NCBI GenBank assembly: GCA_964035545.1
Contig: OZ037767.1
Location: 22,832,628-22,896,627, forward strand
Reading direction: 5' to 3'
Source of the DNA: Bugula neritina
Lineage: Eukaryota > Animalia > Bryozoa
Length of the DNA stretch: 64,000 bases
Position numbers and translations under genes: made by a program. This document shows, in pieces, positions 1 to 12,201 of the stretch. Positions within the stretch are counted from its first letter, which is position 1. Every line of letters begins with the position of its first letter. The notes below the pieces were generated by a model that was not told where the DNA came from, searched no databases, and worked only from the letters and a program-made list of their open reading frames with translations.

Positions 1-3000
1 CAGCAATGTATGAAGTGGTGTGCTCCCTGTAACTGTAACAAACACATCAGATATACGCTAAAGTCCGTGTGAGAGAGTGCAAGCTGTGTGTATCACTCAA
101 CCTGTATAACAACTTCTTCAAACTCATGGCCAAGTTATCAAATTCCTGAGGTTGTTTGGAATTATACTGAAATGTTTTAAAGATTTAATCCATCTCAACT
201 GTAACTAACATCGATAAATCCAAATAATTTAGTAAGGCTGTCTTTGGCTACAAAACTATTTAAGTTGAGCAGCTATGAGAACTACAATGTTTGTCACAGT
301 TTGCTACTTCTTAAATAATAACAGGATTTGGGGTTGTATATCTGGTCTAATGACAGTAAGTGTATACAGATGTGTAATGCACACTCCTATCAATTCCAAC
401 ATACTGACAATATCCTACAACAAGGAATTGATTGTCACATTATTCTACACTCACAGTCACACTGAGTAGGACCCACACTCACCCTGAGTAGGACTCACAC
501 TCACACTGAGTAGGACTCACACTCACACTGAGTTGTACTCACACTGAGTTGTACTGACAGTCACACTGAGTAGTACTGACAGTCACACTGAGTTGTACTG
601 ACAGTCACACTGAGTTATACTCACACTCACACTGAGTTATACTCAGAATGAGTAGTACTCACAGCTACACTAAAAAGTACTCACAGTCACACTGAGTAGT
701 ACTCAGTCACACTCAGTAGTATTCACAGTCACATTGAGCTCTCACCTGACGTGTGTGATTGTCTGTGAGACATTGGAGTTAACTAGACTGAGTGGGTAGA
801 GAGACAGCAGTGTGTCTGTAAGCTGTTTGATATACTCCGGGTTATAAGTCTTGTATATTATAGTGATGGAGTACTGTACCGTCCTCTCTCGGTTTCTAAC
901 AAAGTACTTGCTCATCCCTGGTTAACAGAGGTAAGTATACACTAGACAGGTAAGTATACATTAGAATGTTAAGTATACAGGTAAGACAGGTAAGTATACA
1001 TTCGACAGGTGAGTATAAACTAGACAGGTAAGTATACACTAGAATGTTAAGTATACAGGTAAGACAGGTAAGCACCTACCACTCTCCCTCCAAGGCACAC
1101 CAAATAGCAAGTCTCTCATGCGTGGAGATGCCTCATAGGAGTTCTGGGCCGAAGATTGAACAGTCTGTAGAATCTCCTTGTCATTCTCAAACACCTACAA
1201 AACCAACAGAGAGATACAGTGTTTACAGTGAGGTCATCAACGTTAATTGTAATATATGGACAGCAGAAATCCATATAATTTCGAACACACTTTGAACAGC
1301 TGCAATAAAGCATTGAGCTCCACACGCCCCTTTGAAGTCTAACATTAGATAAAAGTTGAATCCATAAAGCAGAGTAAATACTCACCTCTTTCTGGTTGTG
1401 CCAGAGGTTAGCTGGAGAGAGAATAAGACAATCAAACTGAGGGAGGAAGCGAGAGCCCTGCATGTTGGCGTCAGGCTCAGACACGTGGAGACAGACATCA
1501 GAGATGGTTAACTTCTTGCTTGATGTACCATCACCCACCTGTTCACAGTGTCACAGAGTCATTAATCAAAGGCATACAGTATATATAATCTAGCAGCTAG
1601 TCAAAACTAAGTCTGAGGACAAGCCCCTAGTTACAATAATTAATTTTATAAACAGAACTACAAACTATTTAAATTTATTCATGATTTAAAAACACAAATT
1701 GTGGTGTTGTTATCACAATGAATAGTTTAATAACAACTTTATCATGTAATGCTTCCAAGGATCTTACCAATAATGATAGAGTAACAAAGTTAATAACTAA
1801 AGTTAGTAATGTACTCATACTACAGTCAGTAATCTACTCATACTACAGTTAGTAATGTACTCATACTACAGTTAGTAATGTACTCATACTAAAGTCAGTA
1901 ATGTACTCATACTACAGTCAGTAATGTACTCATACTACAGTCAGTAATGTACTCATACAATAGTGAGTAATGTACTACTCACCTGTAACCGGTTGATTTG
2001 CTCTAAGATGGTGAATGAGGTGTGTAATGGTGCGGTATACAAATCAGCCAGAGTTGGGGCCTTGTAAGGGTGGGAAGGTGCCACTGTTGACTTGACCAAT
2101 ATTTGTTGAACATATCCTAGGAACACATAGTAGGCGATACAGTCACTGGATGTGCTATAAAGTGTTCATCATATACACCAGAAGTTTACTGTTCAGGCTG
2201 CTACTTTCAAAAGCATATTATTTATAGGTTTAGGCAGTGCTTATACTATATAAAATAGATGTGTACTTCGAAAAAAGAAATGAAAGGAAATAGAAGCTAT
2301 GTGCTGGTGGGATAGTATATGCTATGTCAGAACTGATTATAGATGTTAAAAAGAATGAGTGAAATGTCTATACACTATACACTGATATTTTAACTATAAC
2401 TGCATTCAACAATCTATTTGTAGAGAGACATCAAGCTTAAACTGCTCTTGACTAACAAAAATAGCATCTCCAGTACCACAGTGAAACTAGATAACTGCAA
2501 TATTAGCCAATTTCAGTCTTAACTTTGTTGGTTTTATCAACAATCATTATGCTAGGCACTTTAGTATCAGCTATAATTGCCATCTGATTCATAATACTTC
2601 ACACTGGTTAAAATGATTTCGATTAACTAAGCTTTAATGTCAACAGGTTTTAAAAATGGGAAAGAAGTTTTCTCTGTAGGGAGGGCTTTGAAAACCCTGA
2701 TAGCATATTACTCAGTGACACAGGTGTGCTTTTGGCTCTTTTCCATCAAACCAGCTTTCAAAAGCAATTTAATAAGTTGTCACCCAGTTAACACTTTCTT
2801 TGCTACAACCCATAACTGGATTATATTATATTCTATTAGATACAATTGATTGCACTAGTAGATATGCAAGTGTAAAATTTTACAGTCACAGAAATAGATA
2901 ACAGTGTACTCTTTGTGCTAAACAATGCAGTGTTCAGAGTTATCTCATTCTGTGTTATTCTGAAAGGTTTACATTTGGTTTAAATTAATAATGTTTACTG

Positions 3001-4296
3001 ATTTGATAATCAGAAAATAGAACTAGGCTTATTAGTATGTTTCGGTGACAAACCTAGGCCTATACTGTTTCACATCGAAAATATAAACTACAAAACTATT
3101 GAATATTAAATGCTATGTAGTCTTAACCAGTAGATATTGAAGACAATTTTCTTTCAAATGTTCAGTTTAAATGATACCTAGGCAAATGAATGTTTGTAAA
3201 TAAATTATGCAGTTTCTACATTCCTAATTCACTGGGTGCATTCAGCTTGTGTGCTGTTACCAACAGCTTGGTCAACGAATTTGGCATAACTTGAAACTTT
3301 CCCTTTAGTTCGCTACCAAAGTTCAGCCGTATGCATATTGTGGCTGAGGGTCACAATTAGTAGCTAAGATAGTCCCCAGCTAAGCTAAGCATGGGGCTGT
3401 AAAGTAAGAGATGTTGGGTGACAATAATAGACCAACCAAGAAAACCATCAAAACATTTTACTTGGAAATTAAAATAAATATGTTTGGTGGCTATATTTTA
3501 AACAGGCATCATTAGCAGTGGCACTTAGAACGGCAAATAGACAAACCCCTAGCTGACAGGAAGTCATCACTCACCTATGGGAGGTCCGGAGTACCACCTA
3601 GGTGATGCCGAGCTCTTCTCATCCACATTGTAGTCAGACAGCGGCATCTCATACATCTGTGAGGTGTTACCCAAGATAGGTATGTTTCTCAGTGGGTAGA
3701 TCACAAATAGAACTGAGATTACGGCAAACAGTATGGTACTGAGCTGTAAATATTAGAACTAGTGTCAGTGAGAGAGAGAGAGGGGGGGGGCAGAAGGAGA
3801 ATAAAAAGAAAGAAAAACATGAGAGAAAAGAGCCAAGAAAATTAAAAAAGAGAGAGAAGGGAGTCAAAATAGGAACCAAGGATGGTAATGCACAATTCAG
3901 TCAGTTGATACAATAATGCTGTAAACTAATTTCTTGTCACTATTAGCATAACTATAATACAGAAAGTTTATTACTTTTGCTGGGTCTATTCATGACTCAC
4001 ATTTTGGCAACAAAAACAGAAAACTATTTTCTATACTCTGACAATACAAATTCTTGCAAAGACAAACCTAATAACGAAAGCTAACAAAAATTAAACTTAG
4101 GATGTCCAATAAACTTGTTATTTCCCTTATTAAGAAGTACAATTTGCAGTTTAACATATAAAAAAATAATAATTATATTAATGGCCTAATGTCGCACTCT
4201 CACCTGATGAGTAGCGCAGAAGAGGCCATATGAATAAAATAGCGACTTCACTCTTTCTTGTAACTGTACAAAACGTGGAAAGGCCGGCCTAAACAT
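1..4296 (-). CDS. SCAP: SREBP cleavage-activating protein, 5' coding exons (gene continues beyond left edge)
   Basis: Coding exons 4296-4204, 3743-3575, 2116-1983, 1538-1386, 1194-1080, 917-746, 32-<1, all GT-AG with consistent phases. Translation MFRPAFPRFVQLQERVKSLFYSYGLFCATHQ...PRWYSGPPIGYVQQILVKS...CLILSPANLW...RDLLFGVPW...RTVQYSITI parallels human SCAP (FYNHGLLCASYP, PEWYVGAPVAYVQQIFVKS, CLLLSPGNFW, KDLLFGVP, RMVSYTITL). Confidence 0.92.
447..738. repeat. Intronic minisatellite, ~22-nt unit (cacactgagtagtactcacagt), degenerate
   Basis: Direct inspection; abuts the SCAP donor at 745; the sense strand repeats GTGAGT. Confidence 0.9.
928..1075. repeat. Intronic minisatellite, ~19-nt unit (gtaagtatacactagacag) filling a 162-nt SCAP intron
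   Basis: Eight AG-GTRAG cores on the + strand, read as (AT)ACTTACCTG-like motifs on the SCAP sense strand. Confidence 0.9.
1801..1980. repeat. Intronic minisatellite, 23-nt unit (agttagtaatgtactcatactac) x~8
   Basis: Direct inspection; starts at the SCAP donor at 1982. Confidence 0.92.
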
Positions 4297-4559
4297 CCCT
4301 ACTTTTTCTGTCACAGCTGTATATAACTTCTACTTGTCCATATGCTATTTCTATCCTGTAACAAGTCACCATGTAGTGTTCCATCACTTATCCTAGTGAA
4401 ACTAATGCATGAAACCCTGTAGCTAACCTTCAGCATAACAGCTATGATCAAGTAGCAGGCTTTATATATAATAAATTCAAAGCAGCTTAATTATGACATG
4501 AAATCAAATTAGTAAAGAGAAACTAAATTTAGAAACAAACAATTCAAATTATCATAAAA

Positions 4560-4725
4560 TTTACATCCACTTCCTTTTATGACGCAATAAGCACATTTAG
4601 CTAATCATTAAAATATTTTTCAGGACTATGACTAAAATTCATAATTATTATCCCCGATGTTATGATATTTGAATAGTTTAAAAAGGCGGGTGACTCATCG
4701 CAAAGTATGGGTTAGTCCAATCAAA
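4560..4725. promoter_or_regulatory. Probable SCAP proximal promoter region
   Basis: Cluster of ETS-like CACTTCC, CRE/ATF-like TGACGCAA, GGCGGG, AP-1 TGACTCA and CCAATCA 270-430 bp upstream of the SCAP ATG in otherwise AT-rich DNA. Confidence 0.4.
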
Positions 4726-7547
4726 CAGAACTCCCAGTAAGCTGTTCAGGAGAAAACCAAATTACTTGCAAAAGCAAAATATGCTTTGCTATTCAAATGG
4801 GACACAGTGTTATAGATGTTTGGTAGCTCAGGTTGTAAGGCACATCTTTTGTAAATGAAGCCAGCAAAAATATGTATTTTTGTGATTATCAATAACTTTG
4901 AAATGCTTAGCACTTGCAACTTCGAACTTGCATCTTCTTAAGAGCTTAGTTTTAACCAATGTGCCATTTAATTTCATTTTATTCATGAAAAAAATTTTTT
5001 AGGCCAAGACTTAGATTTACAATCTTACTTAAAATAATTACGTTTATTGACTAGACACTAGTAATACCGTGCAAAATAGTATTATGTTTTGAGTACAATT
5101 CTACTCTTACTCAGTCACTGAGGTTAGAACTACTATGACTATGAATACATTTAAGAGGATTGCCACTGTCACTAGTTATAGCAGAAGCAAGTATACTAGT
5201 GCTAAGTATTATGTTCACATTAGCACTAGACACAATGGAACTAAACAGTATAGTTGCAGAGTAAAGCAGCAAAAGCCAAAATTAAATTTAAATTTTAAAA
5301 CACTATCTTCCAATGACACTCACAGAATCACTGTGTAACTGTGAGTGTCACAATTCGTTTGCAAGATGATCATATTTAGGATAATTAATGTGACTGTGAG
5401 TTTAATAGTGACCAACCCAAATGTAAGTTCATTTAAAATTAATTTAAAAATTTTTTTGTTGAACTGTTTGTGCTTTGAAAACAGAGTGAGTTTAAGATTA
5501 AATTCACTTTCAGAGACTTATACAGAAAAAAATTCAAGTTTTTACTATCATTGTTGCCATTGGTATTGCTGAATACTCAACATAGACTGATGGAGAAGTA
5601 ATAAATACAACAATATGAATAACTTATATGTAATCAAAATAATTTTGGCTAAACTTTAAGTTTAAACTAAGTGTTAGCATGAGACTAGCTTAGAGTTTGA
5701 GTTAGTCTTACTCTTACAGTTATACTTTTTACGTTTATAACTAAAAAGACCTTATTACTATTAGTATAATATTAGTACTACTAGTTAATATTAATATTGA
5801 TATTGATGATAGGAGTACACTGTACAATTAGTATTACAACTATAAGTATAAGCAATACAAATGCTAAGCCCGATTAATGATTAGGTTAGCTTAAAGTTGA
5901 TAAGTTAGCTGTTAGACTTACTCTTACTCTTAGTATTCAACTTAATCACAATAAAATGTTCTAAACTTGTTAGAAGTTAAACTAAAAGTAAATGATGAAA
6001 TACTAAATATTCATTTAAAATTTATTTTTAGCCATTATCATTATGATTAGATTTAGATTTAGTGCGACTTGAACACGGCTTTAGGTGGCAAATTTCAATG
6101 CAAAAGTTATTCAAGCGTTTTATTTTATTAATTATTGTAAATATATTACTTATAATTATATAAAAAAAACAAAAATAATTATATTACTAATTTAAACTCA
6201 ACGTGACGGTGAACGTGAAATTATTTGGAAATCACGGTCACCAGAAAATGAAAATTCAAATTGAAATGAGTCATAGAAAATACTAAATATTCATATTGAC
6301 AACATGCTACATTTATATTACATAGTACTGTGTATTATATTAATCAAACAAACCGAGGTAAATGTTGACAGAAAGACGATTTGTAAGTCTTTTAAGAATT
6401 ATTCAGATTGAACAAAGTTATTGCATAACACAGATTTTACAGCGGCTTCAGTTCATATGACCAGAATGAGCGATCCATTCTTGGCGAAATTGCTTTAGCA
6501 ACCCGTTGAGCTCCCGAGCAATGATGCTTTAGCTAAGTTAGATATTATTTTATATAGTTGGACTCTCACAGCTCTGCGCTTTCATCGCAAAAATATCGCC
6601 CAGTTGCACTTGCCAGTAAGAAGACAACTTTGCAACCAAGAGAGCATTGAGACGATAAATCTACAAATTCGCACCCACCAGTGGTCTCAACCACTGAATT
6701 AAAACTGGTTATATTTGGTTATAATATAATGGTCTCAATCTTGAAAGGTCAGCTTGATATCAAAGGCTTAAAGGTCATATATATCACTCTGCGTGACACA
6801 TGGCAAACTCCTTTATAATATACTTTTCCACAGCCAATAATAAAATTATAGCTTGCCTATATGGCATAATTTTTGATAACTGCGCAATATATGATATGCA
6901 ACTATACAAAAAATTTTGAAAAGAATGTATAGTGATTATTTTGGAATATCATTTTCAAACTTGTCAAAGCATTATATCATCTTGTACGAATGTAATTAAT
7001 ATTAAGAGCTTGCACGCAATAAATTATAATAAACTATTAATTTATTAAATGGATTTTGAATATTCTTTGTTCAGATAATTTTCCTAAAAACAAATCTTCC
7101 AGCTGTTATAGTTATAATAATTTTTTAACAGCACTCAATTGTAACTTAATTTAAATTTGCCTTAATTGTGGACTTTAACAGTGTTACAAATGTGTGTGGG
7201 GTATGTTTGTGTGTATGTTGTCTGTGGGTGTGTTGGTTGCGCATGCATGTCTGCATGTGTGCTAAGGTGTCAATTATTCCTTCATAATTAATTTATAACT
7301 ACAGTTATGCTTTTTGGTAAATTTTATCAAAAGTCTAATGCCAACAGTTAAGTTATACTTGGTATGCAAAATGTGGAATTTTTAGCATTCAAGAAAAATT
7401 TTAAAAATGGCTCAAACTTCTAATACTTATAGGTTTTTGAAGCAATTGATTATAAAATAATTGGAGGTAACAAATGGTATTCAGGTGTTGCTTTACACTT
7501 AGATATACCAGTGTCTATGGTCAACACTTTTAAATTCTCTGGTCGAC

Positions 7548-10500
7548 ATGACTACAAAGGTTACAGTTAAATCGCCAGCAAAGAACAATGCAAAACCTCA
7601 TAATTCAAGTGGAGACCGAAAATTGAGCAAAGCTGCTGCAGAGCAAGAGATGTTCAGCATAGATGAGATCATCAAGTGCTATCATCTGTCTTATCCTTCT
7701 AAACACAAGCCACCTCCTGAAACCACCTCTCCTAAAACTACAGAAAAACAGGGTGAGCGGCTGTTTTGAATTTCATCACATAATGCACACAAGCACACAT
7801 GCACAGGCACAGATAAAGGCACATGCACACGCACACACTCACACAGTTACAATAACATACCTACAGTGGAGAAACAAATCTAAGTAGTGAAACATATTGA
7901 AGTTAACTATGTGCCTGTTGCATTATTAGGCACTGTGGGTTTTTATCAAAATATTCATGTGTTGCTAAATTATAAGAAGTTCCCATCCTACTTCTCAACT
8001 GCAGCTATCTTTCATTTTACTTCAGTGTTCTCCACTGATACATAACACAAGTTCAGTGCTTGATTTAAAGGTGATATTTGATTTCAGCTAAATACATACA
8101 TAACCTATAACTTTCAATTTTTTGCAACAAAATATTTTTAGTTATATTATTTAAAGCTGTTACAATAAATTTTAACCAGTTTTTGATAAAATAAAAAGTT
8201 TATAGATTTGTTTTTATACTAATAACATGGTACATTCTTGCTGATTTAACTGCAACAATGTCTGAAACATGTAGTTGCTAATTTATAGGTTTGTTATAAT
8301 TTTAAACTGGTATGTGTATCTATTTATTGAGCATATTTCGTAAACAAATTCTAGGCAGTTATTTGAGAAAAGGGGGGGTCTGTCAAAAAGCTCATATTGT
8401 TTTAGCAAGAACATACATAATCATTGTAATTATCATACATAGAATGTTGTTTTATTACAAATCACTTTTATACAACTATTATTATATATAGATGAAAAAG
8501 CAGAAGTTATAGAAAGCCCTCCAGAATCTAGACGTAGTGCATGTACAGTGCTAAGTCAAGGTTCTACAGCTAAACCAAAGCCTAGACATATACACAGAAC
8601 TAGTATAGCGACAAGTAAAAATAGGAAGAATTCTTCTACATCATCTTTCCATCACAGACGTTCATCATGTGAGTATAATATAATACATCAGTTGTAAACA
8701 TGCATCGTGTTATGGGGTGGGGGGGGGGGAGGGGGGCGGTGGGGTGATACTGTGTGTGCTAAATTGCATGTGCAGCCTTTTGATGCTAGAATCACCAATA
8801 CTACTCTAAACTTTTACATGTGGCATTTAATTTCAAATTAGAGCAGAAGCCCGACATGATGCAAAGTAGTTTTAAATTGCAATCAGTTGCTGTATTTTTC
8901 ATTGTTGTAGCGGTAGTCATGGCGATGCAGAAAATGCTACAACCCACACAGAGAGTTTCAATTACAATGTGCACAGTGCCCTCATGTATAGGGAGGAAAC
9001 ATTCTCATTCCCACGACAAGGAAATGGGCGAAAGCAGTAGAAAACCGCAAGTATACACTTGATACCAATATTTACCGCACTATGTGTTCAGTTAAGGTGC
9101 CTATGAAGTTGACATATTGTATAGGTATATATGGTGTATATAGGTGTATATGGTCTATTGATCGCGTAAGGGTTAATGAACGGAATTAGGAAGATATACA
9201 CATGTAAACTATAGTCTATTTCTTAATGAAATAAAATGCCTTATGAAGCAAGAACATGTTATATTATATTGCTATAATATATAATATAAGAATCGTAATA
9301 CATTATGATATAATGAGACAACTCCTAATGTTACCCGCTTCCTACTCACTTTATGCTCAGCAATGATATTCAGTGACAGAGCCTCTAACCATGTTCACAA
9401 ACTCAAGCTGCTAGCATTTTGTAAGGATCATGACTGCTAGAGTCACTTGAGCTCTCTGCTTTAGTAGAAACATACGTTTCTACTATTGCGAAGATGTGGG
9501 CCATGGTACTCTGTTCTGTGCTGATGAGGGGACAAATCCCGAAACAGCTGCTGTCCACAGATTGAGATGTGTGTGTGTGTGTGTGTGCGTGCAAGCGTGT
9601 GTGCGTGAATGCGTGTGTGTTTCATATAAATATATATTACATATAAAAAATATATAATTAATATACACATAATATATATAATACACACACGCACACACGT
9701 ATATACAGTTTGAATTGCATTATAATTATCACTTTATTACTTAATCTCTGATTTCTCTAGATCGGAAACTCGAAGATTCTCAGCACAAGTTAGTGGGGTG
9801 ACCCTAGCACCGCCCCCTCCAGTAGGTTAATACAACTAATCATTTTAGTTAAACGAAATCATTGATGTTTTGTTTACATTCAACGCATTACAAATTAATG
9901 CAGAACAATAAGCAATTTGTAAAAGACATGTGGCATTGCTTGGCTTTGATTCTGACCCAGAGAATAAGAGGATAACAATTGCATCATACAACTCATGTAA
10001 TATTGTACAGAGTTCTACTTATAACATGGTTTTACAGGGTGTCATATATATAAGGTATTACCTTGATGCCTTCATAGAACTGTGTAAACTTTTGAGCCAG
10101 TTCGGATCAACATTATCTTTTGTCGTGGAGAACTTGATGCGAGTCATTGGCGATATAGATTTCCATATACAAAGTGACAAGGGAAGCAACTATGAGGATG
10201 TTGAACAAATGATCAAATACGAAACTAAAAGCAAATTGATACAACGAAAGGTGATTAAATTCTAAATGAAATACTGTATGTATTGAAATAAACAGCAATC
10301 AGTGTATACGGAGTTATATTCTCATGTTCTTATCTACTAGTATGCCTAATACAAGGCGGGGCGCATGCTGGTGCTAAAATATGCAGCTATAACTCTTCAT
10401 GAACCTTAGAAAATTCGCATTTATAATTTAAATATTATGTTATCTTTAAACTCATGATAGAATACAAAAATTGAAATTGCTGGAGTTGCATGCCCTTGTT

Positions 10501-11192
10501 TAGATTAAAGGCAAAGACTCAGGTACCAAGTCTCTTTTGCTACTACACAGGAGTCTGTCCTTTATATTAGAGTTTATTCTTGGACTAAAAAACAGTGGTG
10601 GGAAGGCTAAGACATCAGTGATAGCACAGCAAGCCTTTGATTCCACTATCGCCAAGTACTACAGCTGGTTAGTGAAACAGATGGTGAGCATGGCATTCGG
10701 CTCTCTTCCTTCAGTGCAGGTATGTTGTGTGTCAACCACTGAGTATTAGTTATCAGTCTATTCTAATACCTATTGACTGTTAAATTTGAAAGCTGCTAAC
10801 AACAGCCCAGAGTTGGGGGTGACTGAGTACAGTACTTTGAGGTTCTCGAGTTCAAAGGTTAAGAAGGTTGGAGCTTTGAACCAGTTTTACTGGCAACCAC
10901 ACTTCTGTCTTCTAAGTTCTCCTAAGAAAGCTTTAAATAAGCAGAGAATGTCCTATAAACTATCTGCATTGTAGTCTACCATTAAACATCATAGCTTATT
11001 CATACATCTACAATGTAGTCTACCATTAGACATCATGGTGTATTCATTTTTTAGGAGTGTTTCCAGCGAATCACAAAGGGGGATACTAAAAGCGCTATAA
11101 ACAACTTAAAGAGGTTATTGGAAGCAGCAGCGCCAGTGTATAACCGAGTGCATGACATCTACAGTAAATATCAGTTACTCCGATGTATCTAG
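7548..11192 (+). CDS. Ceramide-1-phosphate transfer protein-like (CPTP/GLTPD1 family, GLTP fold) with low-complexity insert
   Basis: Confident exons 10038-10250, 10504-10719, 11055-11192 (TAG) encode GVIYIRYYLDAFIELCKLLSQFGSTLSFVVE...SGTKSLLLLHRSLSFILEF...IAKYYSWLVKQMVSMAFGSLP...PVYNRVHDIYSKYQLL, parallel to human CPTP (SGCRTVLRLHRAL, LAAYHPWVVRRAVTVAFCTLP, RVYNVSQKLYAEHSLL). Upstream exons 7548-7752 (FSIDEIIKCYHLS, like the CPTP N-helix) and 8492-8668 join in phase. The link from 8668 to 10038 is unresolved (candidates 8911-~9050, 9361-9420, 9761-9821). Confidence 0.78.
9515..9561 (+). ncRNA. Type I hammerhead ribozyme (minimal, Penelope/retrozyme-like)
   Basis: Stem I TCTGTG(9515-20)/CACAGA(9556-61); core CTGATGA(9521-27); stem II GGGG/TCCC with ACAAA loop; GAAA(9541-44); stem III ACAG-ctg-CTGT; GTC cleavage triplet, cut after C9555. 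All conserved core nucleotides are present. Confidence 0.85.
9568..9700. repeat. (TG)n / AT-rich / (CA)n microsatellite block following the hammerhead
   Basis: Direct inspection. Confidence 0.85.
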
Positions 11193-12201
11193 ATACTCGA
11201 CAAGTCCAATGAACATATGCCGGCAAGTTGGAGAATAAATGACCAGATGATGACTGAACATGCAGTGTTACATACACAGCTACATTTTATGTAATATGAA
11301 ATTTTTTTCAATTAACTGCGGAATATGTGAACTGTTGAACTCAAATTATTACACTTATTACCCCTACATATCTTTTTATTAGCTATCATTATAACCAGAT
11401 TTGGAATACGATATTTTGAATTGTTAAACTTTGTTAAAATATTACATCTAAATGTATATATTCTCTTCTGCTTGACCCGTTGTAACATAAATTATACTGA
11501 AAGATTTGAAAGCTGCTAGATTATAACAACACTGTAGTGAGATTATGAACACATAGAACTTTATTTCGAGTCTGGTGTATGTATATTGCTAGGTTTACTG
11601 AATACAGCCCACACTTGTTGATTTACAATGCATGATGCTACATCTAGATTCAACAGTTCGTATGGCTAGAGAGCCATCTTGTTTCACACGACAGTCTTTC
11701 CCCACCCATTTGTCCCGCCCAGCAGCTGCTCCACACTAAAGGTTCACTATGGGTCATGTGGCTTACTGAGCAATTACCAAATATTATAGAGATTTACAAC
11801 ACATTTACAATCACACACTAATATATCAACTCATAAGGAGCTGGGAACAGAAAACAAAACTGAGGGCAATAATATTATTACAACAGGGGGAGCCTTAATC
11901 TTATAGAACTGAGTCTAGAAACTACATTGGCCAGATGGATCCAACCAATAAAAAATTGTATAATAAACTTCACTAGAAAGAGACAGCTGACAAGCCCCGT
12001 TACTTGGTGACTGTAGTGTGAATCAGGATGGCTCTCTGCCACTCATATGTATATAAACCATAACCTGTCAAAAAGCATGACTGAATAGAAGCACATTGTT
12101 AGAATATAACATTAAGTTGTGGGTAGAGGCGCCCACGCTGTGGGTTACGCTACCCACGTGTGCCGTATAGACAACAAGTAGTCAAATATTGCCGATAGAG
12201 T

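Noticed and set aside
11998-12064. Alternative last exon of MACO1 (acceptor TTTTTGACAG|GTTATGG)
   Set aside because: Would add only RLWFIYI* with no homology support; cannot be distinguished from 3'UTR sequence.
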